A stretch of 64,000 nucleotides of DNA, taken from positions 244,041 through 308,040 of the forward strand of contig AMWX01000001.1 of NCBI GenBank assembly GCA_000307935.1, written 5' to 3'. A program made the translations under genes and the position numbers. Of the stretch, positions 19,757-29,788 are shown piece by piece. The notes under the pieces were generated by a model. The model was not told the origin of the DNA, made no database searches, and saw nothing but the letters and a program-made list of their open reading frames with translations. The number at the start of each line of letters is the position of its first letter. Position 1 is the first letter of the stretch. This DNA comes from SAR86 cluster bacterium SAR86E. Its GTDB lineage: Bacteria; Pseudomonadota; Gammaproteobacteria; Magnimaribacterales; D2472.

Positions 19757-20062
19757 TCAGGGATGCTTCTTTGAGCAGTCAGGTGAATTTAATATGATCG
19801 GATTAGATTTATATTCATCTTTTGTAAAAGCTTGAATAGACAAAGCATGTATTTTTTTCATAATCTCGCTTAGTGTTTTGTATATTACCTTATGTCTGTT
19901 TAATTTCGACATCCCAATAAAATCATCTGCAACAATTACTAGCTTAAAGTGTGTTTCAGAATCAGGCGGAACATTATGCATTGCGCTTTCATTTTCTAAA
20001 AAAATATTTTCTGGATCTATTGACTTATTCAAGCTATCAATAATTTCACTATAAAGGCTCAT
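19757..20062 (-). CDS. BolA family protein
   Basis: 101 aa. HFKLVIVADDFIGMSKLNRHKVIYKTL matches the BolA signature (HF...F.G....RH..VY..L). Confidence 0.75.
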   Translation of the reverse strand: MSLYSEIIDSLNKSIDPENIFLENESAMHNVPPDSETHFKLVIVADDFIGMSKLNRHKVIYKTLSEIMKKIHALSIQAFTKDEYKSNPIILNSPDCSKKHP

Positions 20063-20502
20063 TTATTTTGCTCAATGTTTAGTAAAAATTTTTTGTTCTC
20101 TGCACCTAAAGCAAAGGCTCCATATGATTGATCTTGTTTAATAACTCTATGACATGGAATAAATAATGGAACAGGATTCATTTTACAGGCAGTTCCAACA
20201 GCTCTTGCAGCTTTTGGCGCACCAATTGAAGTTGCAATAGATATATAAGATTCTGTTTGACCCCTTGGAATATCACATAATGCACTCCATACATTTAACT
20301 GAAAGTTAGTTCCCTGCATATCTATTAATGGTAATGTTTTTAATCCTTGTGGTGAAAAAAATTTATCGATCTTTTTTTGCAGAGGCCTGTCATGAGGATG
20401 TCTGGATTCACCTTCCCAAAGAAATGATAGTCTTAGAAGCCCAGAATTACTGTATGTAGATTCAAAAACTCCAATTGGTGAAGAAACAAATTTTATTTCC
20501 AT
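20059..20502 (-). CDS. ogt: Methylated-DNA--protein-cysteine methyltransferase
   Basis: Active-site motif IPCHRVI. The size is typical for a single-domain Ogt. Confidence 0.85.
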   Translation of the reverse strand: MEIKFVSSPIGVFESTYSNSGLLRLSFLWEGESRHPHDRPLQKKIDKFFSPQGLKTLPLIDMQGTNFQLNVWSALCDIPRGQTESYISIATSIGAPKAARAVGTACKMNPVPLFIPCHRVIKQDQSYGAFALGAENKKFLLNIEQNK

Positions 20503-20550
20503 ATGCTAATTTTAACATTACAAGTACTGAAGAGCCCTCTTCTATCATAA

Positions 20551-20574
20551 AAAGAGAGGCTAAAGCCTCTCTTT
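20551..20574 (-). terminator. Rho-independent terminator after the 20596-21342 gene
   Basis: 10-bp stem AAAGAGAGGC/GCCTCTCTTT with a 4-nt loop, followed by a U-rich tract on the minus strand. Confidence 0.7.
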
Positions 20575-20595
20575 GAATTCAAAAATAGTAACTAA

Positions 20596-21342
20596 CTATC
20601 TCAAAGTTTCTGTTATGTAGGTTCGATAGTTATTACATGATTCGATCACTTCACCAAGAGCTATATCAGCCTCACTGCCGTTAATATTTTCCCAATAGTT
20701 ATCAGCTCCTGATCCTAGTTCTGCAACAGTATTAGCATATAGTGAATAAACATAATCATAATCCCCTTCACTTGCCCCTACGCTTGGAAAAATCATTTTT
20801 CTTCCCAAGTTATCTCCAGATTCCTTTGCAGCCTCTGCAAATTGACTATAAGCATCAAAAGCTTCTCTAGAGGTAATGCCTTCTTTTAGCTTGCAATCAG
20901 AAAAACGTACTGCACCGACTTCAGAATTACCTTCTGGAGATGAGATTGGCCACTGCCATGTATCTACGACCTGCATGTTTGAAACTGGAATTTTTTTCAT
21001 CTGATTGACGCCATTTTGAACCCAATATTCAAGACCTTTATATTGTTCGGTTGAATTTGGCCATAAACCTAAAAACACCACATCATGTGTTGACAGATCT
21101 GAATTAAAATAAGGCTGAAAAAGTACAATATCAAAATTTTCATATAACCCAGACTCATCTAACATTTTATTTGTTTGCTTCACCCAATTAACATAATCTT
21201 TATAACCCTTTCCATCATTAAACTTAGAAACATAATATTCAGCTTTGTTTGGAACTGGATCAAATTTATAATCTTGCGCAAATGAAGAAACAGATATGAG
21301 CATAAAAGAAAATATAAAAGTAGTTATCAATAGTCTAGCCAT
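20596..21342 (-). CDS. Secreted protein of unknown function
   Basis: 248 aa with a clear signal peptide (MARLLITTFIFSFMLISVSSFAQD). No motif recognised. Confidence 0.6.
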   Translation of the reverse strand: MARLLITTFIFSFMLISVSSFAQDYKFDPVPNKAEYYVSKFNDGKGYKDYVNWVKQTNKMLDESGLYENFDIVLFQPYFNSDLSTHDVVFLGLWPNSTEQYKGLEYWVQNGVNQMKKIPVSNMQVVDTWQWPISSPEGNSEVGAVRFSDCKLKEGITSREAFDAYSQFAEAAKESGDNLGRKMIFPSVGASEGDYDYVYSLYANTVAELGSGADNYWENINGSEADIALGEVIESCNNYRTYITETLR

Positions 21343-21435
21343 AATTAATCTCCTTAAATTAAGTGTAAAAGATATACCCTATACTAAATATTTAGCTTTC
21401 GATACAAGAAACATTAAATAATGATTGATTAAAAA

Positions 21436-21510
21436 TGGTGCGGCATCCGAGATTCGAACTCGGACCATCTGCTTGGAAGGCAGATATACTAGCCATTATA
21501 CTAATGCCGC
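21436..21510 (-). tRNA. tRNA-Gly (anticodon TCC)
   Basis: Minus strand: acceptor GCGGCAT/ATGCCGC plus A plus an encoded CCA. Anticodon loop CTTCCAA. T arm CCGAGTTCGAATCTCGG. Confidence 0.9.
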
Positions 21511-21617
21511 GCTTTTTAAGAAAACGTATATTACACTATCTTTGTATTAATCTTAAGAGAATTAAATGCTCTTTTAAATTTTATGAGCATTTTAGTTGAA
21601 TTGGTTTAAAATCAATT

Positions 21618-21812
21618 ATGATATTTGATTTTCATCATCTAAAAAAAGTAAATGTTAATTACTTTTCGCATGCACTAAGAGTAATGAAAGTATCAATTAT
21701 TCTTCTTTCTCTTGGGATTGTGGGCATTGTTCATGGCCTATTCCCTTTTATCTTTGTTGAGACCGTGAGCAAAGGAATTAAGAAAATTGCTGATGAGATG
21801 TCGAGCTTTTAA
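21618..21812 (+). CDS. Small membrane protein (one central TM segment), unknown function
   Basis: 64 aa in otherwise non-coding space. Central hydrophobic segment VSIILLSLGIVGIVHGLFPFIFV. It resembles a small conserved family I only vaguely recall. Confidence 0.4.
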   Translation: MIFDFHHLKKVNVNYFSHALRVMKVSIILLSLGIVGIVHGLFPFIFVETVSKGIKKIADEMSSF

Positions 21813-21813
21813 A

Positions 21814-22548
21814 TCACAAAACTTTGTATTGACGATAGACTTTAGCTGACTGGCAAGTTGATTGCTCGATAAGTAATTCTTGAATCTCTTTACTGATATC
21901 TAAAGTTTGCCACAAGTTAACAAAATCTTTTCGAGATTCTAGAGATAGAAATATATTTGTCCATTGAAAGCTGTTATAAGGCCCTTCGCCTTCAGAGTAA
22001 ATTATATCGACAGGTGAATTATTTTTTACTAATGCATCTGAAAATTGCTCAAGAACTAGTTTAATTGTTGCATAATTAAATCCATCCTTATAATTGCATT
22101 GTAATACCTCTGAGACCACTGGAAATTTATTAATTTTATTGCTTGTAAGTCTAAGAGAATTTCTTACAATTTTTGCACTGTTACAAATGGCAATATCGTC
22201 AAAGCTTAATGCTGCAAGAGTTAGGTTAAAACTATCAACGGCATCTACCTCATCATGTTGTAATAAAAGATTAAAAGATTGAATATCAGTTTTATCGTCT
22301 GTAACTGGGAACAAGAAATATAATTCTTCGGTGCCACGACCCATTTTTACATAGCTATCGACAAATTGTGGAATAAACCTCTCAACAGAATTAAGGGTTT
22401 GACCTGAAACTAACTTGCAACTGAACGATGATTCTTTGAATGAGTATTTTGGTTTAATAAAGTTGTCTAATTCTAAGTTAGAATTTTTCGAATTCTCAGC
22501 GCAGCCCGAAAGAATAAGAATACAAATCAATTTAATATAGGATTTCAA
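21814..22548 (-). CDS. Lipoprotein of unknown function
   Basis: 244 aa with signal peptide and lipobox ILSGC. No catalytic motif recognised. Confidence 0.6.
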   Translation of the reverse strand: MKSYIKLICILILSGCAENSKNSNLELDNFIKPKYSFKESSFSCKLVSGQTLNSVERFIPQFVDSYVKMGRGTEELYFLFPVTDDKTDIQSFNLLLQHDEVDAVDSFNLTLAALSFDDIAICNSAKIVRNSLRLTSNKINKFPVVSEVLQCNYKDGFNYATIKLVLEQFSDALVKNNSPVDIIYSEGEGPYNSFQWTNIFLSLESRKDFVNLWQTLDISKEIQELLIEQSTCQSAKVYRQYKVL

Positions 22549-22587
22549 TTTAGATTAAAAATACTCCAATAATGAGATAATAATATT

Positions 22588-23577
22588 ATGAAAAATTATA
22601 TACGCATAAGGATAATCTTTTTTGCTATTTTGATGATTGCTCCAATAAATGTTTATGCATATAAATATGGGCTTGGTTCATGCCTAGATCAAGATCGAGA
22701 ACAAAACATTTGGTCGTCAATTAAGAATGAGGATTTAGATGGCTTTATATTTCTTGGAGATAACGTGTATGGAGATATGCCAAACGGTAAATTATCCAAG
22801 ATGCAAAAGGCTTATCAAACTCAAAAAAAAAGATTGCCTAAATGGCTTTTAGATAAAGAAATAATAGCCATATGGGATGATCATGATTTTGGGCTGAACG
22901 ATGGAGGCGGAGATTACCCTCTTAAAAAAGAAGCTGAGAAAATGTTTCTTAACTTTTGGAATATTCCTAATTCAGATCTCAGAAGAAATAGAGAGGGTAT
23001 ATATTTCAGACAGACCAATGATGTGGAGGGGGTCAAGATTGAGATAATTGGTCTAGATACAAGGTACTTCAGATCTAAACTAATAAAATCAAAAAATGTT
23101 TATACAAAAAACAATAATCCTAAAGCCACTATTCTGGGGCAAGATCAGTGGTTATGGTTAGAGTCTTCTCTATCAAGCTCTAATGCAGATGCAATTATCA
23201 TTCTCTCTTCTATTCAAATTTTAGCTACCAATCATCCATATGAAAAATGGGATAATTTTCCCTTAGAGCGAAAACGGTTGCTGGACTTGATCGCTGATAA
23301 AGCTAAAAATAAAACTGTTATTTTGATATCAGGTGATAGGCATAAATCGGGTATATATCAAAATAAAAATTTTGTTGAAATCACGGCTTCATCTCTTAAC
23401 AGACAAGCATCTCCGGGTGAAGAAACTGACCCTTTACTTATCGGAAAAACCTTTAGAATGAAAAACTATGGAATCCTTGATATTGAGCCTAGTGAAAATA
23501 AAATTACTTTATCAATTCATGATAAGAATGGAATGATGGTAAATTCAAAAATAATTAACATCCATCAAGAAAGGTAG
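22588..23577 (+). CDS. PhoD-like metallophosphatase (alkaline phosphatase D family)
   Basis: Signal peptide, then the metallophosphatase motifs FLGDNVYGD, WDDHDFG and SGDRH. Confidence 0.75.
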   Translation: MKNYIRIRIIFFAILMIAPINVYAYKYGLGSCLDQDREQNIWSSIKNEDLDGFIFLGDNVYGDMPNGKLSKMQKAYQTQKKRLPKWLLDKEIIAIWDDHDFGLNDGGGDYPLKKEAEKMFLNFWNIPNSDLRRNREGIYFRQTNDVEGVKIEIIGLDTRYFRSKLIKSKNVYTKNNNPKATILGQDQWLWLESSLSSSNADAIIILSSIQILATNHPYEKWDNFPLERKRLLDLIADKAKNKTVILISGDRHKSGIYQNKNFVEITASSLNRQASPGEETDPLLIGKTFRMKNYGILDIEPSENKITLSIHDKNGMMVNSKIINIHQER

Positions 23578-23609
23578 TATTGTTTAGAATTAATAATCAT
23601 AAAAAATAT

Positions 23610-24887
23610 ATGAAAAAAATTGCTTTATTATTTACTCTTTCAATTTCAGCACTGATAAATGCTGATACCCTGCTGCATGTTGGAAATTTATTGGATACAA
23701 ATAATGGAGAGATCAGCAAAGCTGTAACAATAAGAATTAAAGGTAATAAAATTCTTGAAGTTACAAAGGGTTACTCAACACCAAAAAAAAATGATGAGAT
23801 TGTTAACTTAAAGCAATCATATGTTTTGCCTGGATTTATGGATATGCATGTTCATTTGGCACAGGAATATGTTCCAAAAGCAGAAAGGCGCTCAAAAATA
23901 GAGCCCGAATACAGAGCGCTATTTGCTGCAAATGCTGCGTCAAAAACACTCATGGCTGGATTCACATCCGTAAGAAACCTGGGTGATGGGGGGATGGAAA
24001 CTATTTCGCTTAGAGATGCAATCAAGGAGGGTTTGGTAATAGGCCCTAGAATTTTTACATCAGGTAAAACCATAGCAACGACTGGGGGCCATGGTGATCC
24101 AACTAATGGCATGCCAAAAGATAACTATTCTCCGCCATCTCCTGAAGAGGGAGTCATTGATAGTCCAGAGGATGCTAAAAAAGCAGTCAGGCAAAGGTAC
24201 AAAGATGGAGCAGATGGAATAAAAATTACTGCTACTGGAGGTGTTTTAAGTGTTGCCAAATCTGGTGAAAATCCACAGTTCACAGATGAGGAATTAAATT
24301 CAATTGTAGCAACTGCCAATGATTATGGACTATGGACAGCAGCGCATGCTCATGGGAAAGAAGGCATGAAAAGAGCTGTGATAGCTGGTATTAATTCAAT
24401 AGAGCATGGTACTTACATGGATCAAGAAGTTATGGATTTGATGAAATCAAGAGGAACTTATTATGTTCCCACCATTATGGCAGGCGATTGGGTTGCGGAA
24501 AAAGCAAAAATCCCTAATTTTTTTCCAGCTCTTGTAAAACCTAAGGCTGAAAAAATTGGCCCCCAAATTCAGTCAACCTTTGCTAAAGCATATAAAGCGG
24601 GTGTAAAAATAGCCTTTGGTACTGACTCAGGTGTTTCTGCTCATGGAGACAATTGGCAAGAGTTTATTCTTATGACAAATGCTGGTATGACTAATCAAGA
24701 TGCATTAAAAAGCGCAACAATTGAAACAGCAAAACTTCTTAGGATTGAAGACAAATTAGGGCAAATAAAACCTGGTATGTTGGCTGATATTATAGCTGTT
24801 CAACAAAATCCTGTTGAAGATATATCAACCGTTGAAAATGTAATCTTTGTTATGAAAGATGGAGTAATCTTCAAAGACAACACTTAA
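23610..24887 (+). CDS. Secreted amidohydrolase-family protein (COG1228-like)
   Basis: The ATG at 23610 begins a signal peptide (MKKIALLFTLSISALINA); the track's TTG at 23580 is less likely. Motifs PGFMDMHVH and AFGTDSG. Confidence 0.8.
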   Translation: MKKIALLFTLSISALINADTLLHVGNLLDTNNGEISKAVTIRIKGNKILEVTKGYSTPKKNDEIVNLKQSYVLPGFMDMHVHLAQEYVPKAERRSKIEPEYRALFAANAASKTLMAGFTSVRNLGDGGMETISLRDAIKEGLVIGPRIFTSGKTIATTGGHGDPTNGMPKDNYSPPSPEEGVIDSPEDAKKAVRQRYKDGADGIKITATGGVLSVAKSGENPQFTDEELNSIVATANDYGLWTAAHAHGKEGMKRAVIAGINSIEHGTYMDQEVMDLMKSRGTYYVPTIMAGDWVAEKAKIPNFFPALVKPKAEKIGPQIQSTFAKAYKAGVKIAFGTDSGVSAHGDNWQEFILMTNAGMTNQDALKSATIETAKLLRIEDKLGQIKPGMLADIIAVQQNPVEDISTVENVIFVMKDGVIFKDNT

Positions 24888-24892
24888 AAAAT

Positions 24893-25825
24893 ATGAAGAA
24901 ACCTAAGATTATCATCTTGGGAGCTGGCATGAGCGGAATATCTTGTGCATTAAGCCTTTATGAGAGTTTTGATGTTCACGTTTATGAAAAATCACGTGGT
25001 GTGGGTGGAAGATTATGCGCTAAGACACTGAATGATAGGTTATTTCATTTTGGAGCTCAATTCTGTAAAGCTCAGTCATCTAGCTTACAAAATTTTCTTT
25101 TAGAAAATGACGCTATAAATTTTATAGGATCTTCCTTTGATTGTGAGGCAAATGACTGTGTTGATACTAAAAATTACTTTGTTGGAAAAAGGGGTATGCA
25201 TGCCCTTCTAAAAAATTATGATCAAATTTTAAATATAAAATTTAATCATCGCGCAGTAAAAGTTGATGAGAAGAACAAACTAGTGCATTTTGAGTCAGGT
25301 AAATCTGAATCCTACGATATTATTATTTCTAGTATGCCTCTGCCACAGGCACAAAAAATCTATGAATCAAAAATAGAACATGATTCAAAGTTTAGTCCCT
25401 GTATTGCTGTAGGAATGACATTAAATGGCACAATTGATAACCAGCATAATGCATATAAAAATATCGACAAAGACGTTGCTTATCTTGGATCAAGTCATTT
25501 CTATAATGATGAAAATAAAACAACTTGGGTATTGCAGTTTTCACCAAATTTCAGTTTAAAAATGCTAAATGAGCCAGACAAATTGCTTCAAACTAAGGCT
25601 GGTAATGCCGTTAAAGGTATAATTAATGGGGATTATAATATTGCGCATGCAGGAATATTTAGATGGAAATATGCTCTATGCAGCAGATCAAATATTAAGA
25701 ATGAATTTACACATGTATCCAAAGATGCTTATGCTATAGGTGATTGGAATATTTCTCCGCGAATTGAATCTGCATACAATTCAGGAAAAGCTTTGGGGAA
25801 ATTTCTAGCTGAGATAAAAGTATGA
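24893..25825 (+). CDS. NAD(P)/FAD-dependent oxidoreductase (COG3380/renalase-like)
   Basis: N-terminal dinucleotide-binding fold IIILGAGMSGISCAL...YEKSRGVGGR. ATGA overlap with the photolyase-family gene. Confidence 0.7.
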   Translation: MKKPKIIILGAGMSGISCALSLYESFDVHVYEKSRGVGGRLCAKTLNDRLFHFGAQFCKAQSSSLQNFLLENDAINFIGSSFDCEANDCVDTKNYFVGKRGMHALLKNYDQILNIKFNHRAVKVDEKNKLVHFESGKSESYDIIISSMPLPQAQKIYESKIEHDSKFSPCIAVGMTLNGTIDNQHNAYKNIDKDVAYLGSSHFYNDENKTTWVLQFSPNFSLKMLNEPDKLLQTKAGNAVKGIINGDYNIAHAGIFRWKYALCSRSNIKNEFTHVSKDAYAIGDWNISPRIESAYNSGKALGKFLAEIKV

Positions 25826-27321
25826 AACAAATTGGATTAATCTTTCCGGATGATTTATCAACAAACAATAAAGTGCTCACAGCAATTGATGCCTCTGATC
25901 CGTTATTGCTTTATGAACCGTGTGATACTTTTTACCAATTAAAGCATCATAAACACAAACTAGTTTTGCTAATTTCGGCTCTAAGGCATTGGAAAGATAG
26001 TTTAGAAAGAGATTTTAACAACATTGTCCATGTAAAAATTACAAAGGACAGAAATATTGATTTAATGCATGAACTTGAGACATTGCATCAAAAAATTGAT
26101 TTTAATATCCTTCATGTAACTCAACCAAGTGATCATGGGATATTAACTCAACTCATGTTTTTTGGATCTAAACACAATGTTGAGCTCAAAATTCATCCAG
26201 ACACCAAATTTATTGATTCCATAGAAGGCTTTTCTGAATGGTCTAAAGATAAGAAATCTCTTGTACAAGAATACTATTACCGATGGCTAAGGAAAAAATA
26301 TAGCCTTCTGATGGATGGTAATAAACCACTTGGTGGTAAATGGAATTTCGATAAGGAGAATCAAAAAAGCATTTCAAAACTAATAGAGCCCCCAAAATCT
26401 AGAAGAAAACTTAAATCAAATGAACTTACAGTTTCTACAATGGTTGATGTTGAAAACTGCTTTCCAGATTCAGTTGGAGACTTGGAAAACTTTAATTGGG
26501 CTGTTACTCATTCTAAGGCCAGAGAACAATTGAATATTTTTTTAAAATCATATTTCAAATCCTTTGGGGACTTTCAAGATGCCATAGACAAAGAAAACTC
26601 AACCCTATTCCATTCACTTCTTTCTCCATATATAAATTCGGGCTTGTTAGATCCTATGGAATGTATTGTGGATGCAATAAGTTACTTCAATAAAGCAGAG
26701 AATGAGATCCCAATCAATGCATTGGAGGGATTTGTTAGGCAGATATTAGGATGGAGAGAATTTATAAGAGGAGTTTACTGGGAAAACATGCCTCAATATA
26801 AAGAGTTGAATTTTTGGTCTCACAGCAATAGCCTCAATAAGAATTGGTATTCCGGAGAAACAGGCATCCCAGTTCTTGATGATGCAATTAAAGAGTCCGC
26901 AAGCACAGGATACACTCATCATATTAATAGGTTGATGATTATTTCAAACTTGATGAATCTATCAAATATTAAACCAATTGAGATCTATAACTGGTTTATG
27001 GAAATGTATGTTGACTCTGCTGATTGGGTGATGGTGCCAAATGTATTTGGAATGGGGACTTATGCAGATGGTGGCATATTCTCAACTAAACCCTATATCT
27101 GTGGATCAAGTTACATGCTAAGGATGTCAAATTACAAAAAAGGAGAATGGTGCGATGCAGTGGATGGTCTGTATTGGAGGTTTATAGAAAATAATAGAGA
27201 TTTTTTTACTAAAAACCCTAGATTGGGGTTGATGTTGAAGTCCCTTGATAGAATGAAAGAAGATAGAAAGATCAAAATTTATAATGCTGCTGACGACTTC
27301 ATTGCAAGAAATACTTCTTAA
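25822..27321 (+). CDS. Cryptochrome/photolyase-family protein of the prokaryotic (6-4)/CryPro (COG3046) type
   Basis: 499 aa. The strings KHHKHKLVLLISALRHW, GGKWNFDKEN, EGFVRQILGWREF and HHINRLMI align with my memory of Agrobacterium PhrB. Confidence 0.8.
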   Translation: MKQIGLIFPDDLSTNNKVLTAIDASDPLLLYEPCDTFYQLKHHKHKLVLLISALRHWKDSLERDFNNIVHVKITKDRNIDLMHELETLHQKIDFNILHVTQPSDHGILTQLMFFGSKHNVELKIHPDTKFIDSIEGFSEWSKDKKSLVQEYYYRWLRKKYSLLMDGNKPLGGKWNFDKENQKSISKLIEPPKSRRKLKSNELTVSTMVDVENCFPDSVGDLENFNWAVTHSKAREQLNIFLKSYFKSFGDFQDAIDKENSTLFHSLLSPYINSGLLDPMECIVDAISYFNKAENEIPINALEGFVRQILGWREFIRGVYWENMPQYKELNFWSHSNSLNKNWYSGETGIPVLDDAIKESASTGYTHHINRLMIISNLMNLSNIKPIEIYNWFMEMYVDSADWVMVPNVFGMGTYADGGIFSTKPYICGSSYMLRMSNYKKGEWCDAVDGLYWRFIENNRDFFTKNPRLGLMLKSLDRMKEDRKIKIYNAADDFIARNTS

Positions 27322-28160
27322 AGATCTTCAAGCAAAAACTCTGATGCTGCCAAACTCATGCCCGCATTATCATGCGCAATATTTGGAACCGTTTGATATC
27401 TCCAACGAAAAGGAAGGTTTTTCTCTGCGCCAAGTTTTATCAAATCATTAAAAAAATTTGTTCCTCTTTCGAATCGATGTTTACCCTGTTTTTTTGCTTT
27501 TCGCATGGAGGGCAAGGAATGATGATTGGGATCATTATCAGCATCACCCAAAAATACTCCACCCTTCAGCCTAAGAAACCATTCAAGCCTTTCATTGGAA
27601 ACATCCATATTTTTAATACCAAATGGATAAGCAATTTGAGCATCCGCAAAAGTGTAAAAACCAGCATTAGCCATAGCTGCTTTTTCAACCCTACTTTCAT
27701 CACTCAATAATAGATATCTATGAACAAATTGAGAGCCTCCGGAATGACCATAGAGTCTAAAAGTATTAGTTGAGAGTTTAAATTTAGCTTTGAAATAATC
27801 AAAAAGAAGCCCAAGAGAATCAGTGAGGTAAAGCGATGAGTCTTTAAGTAATTTTCCTCTTTCTGTGCTCATCATCAAATAAACGTACTCGGGATAAGAC
27901 TCTTTTGTAAATTCTGGCGCTATTAGAACAACGTTCCTCTCTTTAGCTAGAGGCAACCAATCATTTAAATATTTTTTCGCTCCCCTTGAGGCGCCATGCA
28001 TGATAAATATAATTTTTGTATCTGCATCTATAGTGTTTGGAGTTGAGTAGTATATTTGTGAATCTGGCTTATCCCAATAAGAAAAAGTTGTTTCCTCTAT
28101 TTCACGAGCAAGAATATTGAGATTTAAAATAATAAAGGAAATCAGAATAAGATGTTTCAT
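27318..28160 (-). CDS. Secreted alpha/beta-hydrolase (esterase)
   Basis: Signal peptide. Nucleophile elbow GHSGGS. The start shares one base with the sulfatase stop (TAATG). Confidence 0.7.
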   Translation of the reverse strand: MKHLILISFIILNLNILAREIEETTFSYWDKPDSQIYYSTPNTIDADTKIIFIMHGASRGAKKYLNDWLPLAKERNVVLIAPEFTKESYPEYVYLMMSTERGKLLKDSSLYLTDSLGLLFDYFKAKFKLSTNTFRLYGHSGGSQFVHRYLLLSDESRVEKAAMANAGFYTFADAQIAYPFGIKNMDVSNERLEWFLRLKGGVFLGDADNDPNHHSLPSMRKAKKQGKHRFERGTNFFNDLIKLGAEKNLPFRWRYQTVPNIAHDNAGMSLAASEFLLEDL

Positions 28161-29788
28161 TAATGTTGATGGTTTTTTAGTGATTCCGGTGCCTTACATT
28201 TTCCACGTTCCCAATCCCCAGGCTCGCAATCATAAATAATTCTTCCATGGTCCTTAATTAAATAATCTAATATCTGATGAGCATGGGCACCGAAACCCAG
28301 AGAGGCATCTTCTTGAAGGTCTTCAATAGGGATGGTGTAACTTGTCCAGTCCTTCGGGGCTCTCCATCCGGGAGGTGGAACTAATTGAGCTCTTATGCCT
28401 GATATTGGATGAAGTGCTCGCCACTCCCTTATCTTATTAGCCATAATTTCAACTAATTTTGGATACTCATCTGCAAGATTATTATATTCATTCGGATCAG
28501 CATTGATATCAAATAATTTATTCTCTACGTTAATCTCCAACAGTGAGCTTGTTATAACCTGAACTAATTTCCACTTATCATTAAAAACTGTTGTATGAAA
28601 TTCTCCATAATTGGGAGTCTCAGATGCAAAATAAATCTCTTTATCAAGCTTAATATTTTTTCCATTTTGGATGGCCGACCACAAGTCTCTTCCCCAAATT
28701 TCTTTTGTATTAAGCATTGAGACACCGGCAGCACTTGCAAGAGTTGGAAAAACATCCATGACTGTCATGATTGATTCAAAGCTTTTTCCTGCATCCAGCG
28801 TGCCTTTCCACCTCATCGCAGCTACAACCCTGATTCCTCCCTCATATGTATCTCCTTTACCTCCTCTTAGTGGAAAGTTATCAGCCCCGCCACCTGCATA
28901 AGCAGCCCCACCATTGTCACTGCTAAATAATATAATGGTTTCCTCTTCAATCCCCTCTTTTGTTAAAGTATCTAAAACTTGTCCAATAGCTTGATCCAAG
29001 CCATCAACCACAGCTGCATACATTGGTCGAGCGCTTGGAGAGAAACCATTTAATGTTCTAGTACGATCAATTGCTGCGCTCCTTGTAAGCTCCCTCGTAT
29101 CTTCTAAGTTCTCGTATTTTTTTACAAGATCATCTGGTGCCTCTAGCGGGCTATGAGGTGCAATGAATGGCATATATAGAAAAAACGGCTTATCTTTATC
29201 TCTAGCTTTGATCCATCTCGAAGCCTCATCTGCCAAAAGAAATGTTTCATAGCCCTCATCCGCTATAGTCACTCCATTACGTTGAAAATCAACGCCACCT
29301 TGATTTGCAAATGGTAGGAAATAACCAACTTCGGTATGAAGATGGCCATAAAAATCATCAAAGCCTCTGGCATTTGGATGAAATATTTCCTGAGAATGTC
29401 CTAGGTGCCATTTTCCAACCATAGCAGTTTGATAGCCAGCCGCTTTAAATGATTCTGGCATGAAATGTTCATCTGGGTGAACTCCGTTATTCATCCATGG
29501 CATTACTACTGAATATGAGATTCCTAACCTTAATGGGTCCCTGCCTGTCATCAAGGCAGCTCTGGTTGGACTACATATTGGCGTTGTATAAAATCTATCT
29601 AATGTAAGGCCCTCGGAGAACAAGGAATCAATTGCTGGAGTGTCAATGGGAGCGCCCCTCAATGAAATATCAGCCCATCCTAAGTCATCAACTAAAAATA
29701 TAATAATGTTAGGCCTTTTCTCTTCTGCATTAGCTAAGGCGCAAAAAGTAACTAAGCTAACAATAAATAATTTAAAAGTCATACTCAT
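28160..29788 (-). CDS. Arylsulfatase (formylglycine-dependent sulfatase family)
   Basis: Signal peptide. N-terminal VDDLGWAD and the sulfatase signature CSPTRAALMTGR. Confidence 0.9.
   Translation of the reverse strand: MSMTFKLFIVSLVTFCALANAEEKRPNIIIFLVDDLGWADISLRGAPIDTPAIDSLFSEGLTLDRFYTTPICSPTRAALMTGRDPLRLGISYSVVMPWMNNGVHPDEHFMPESFKAAGYQTAMVGKWHLGHSQEIFHPNARGFDDFYGHLHTEVGYFLPFANQGGVDFQRNGVTIADEGYETFLLADEASRWIKARDKDKPFFLYMPFIAPHSPLEAPDDLVKKYENLEDTRELTRSAAIDRTRTLNGFSPSARPMYAAVVDGLDQAIGQVLDTLTKEGIEEETIILFSSDNGGAAYAGGGADNFPLRGGKGDTYEGGIRVVAAMRWKGTLDAGKSFESIMTVMDVFPTLASAAGVSMLNTKEIWGRDLWSAIQNGKNIKLDKEIYFASETPNYGEFHTTVFNDKWKLVQVITSSLLEINVENKLFDINADPNEYNNLADEYPKLVEIMANKIREWRALHPISGIRAQLVPPPGWRAPKDWTSYTIPIEDLQEDASLGFGAHAHQILDYLIKDHGRIIYDCEPGDWERGKCKAPESLKNHQH

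Noticed and set aside
23580-23609. TTG start at 23580 for the amidohydrolase and the long start at 58770 for the secreted repeat protein
   Set aside because: Downstream ATGs (23610 and 58701) begin canonical signal peptides. The ATG at 58701 also follows a GGAGAA ribosome-binding site.
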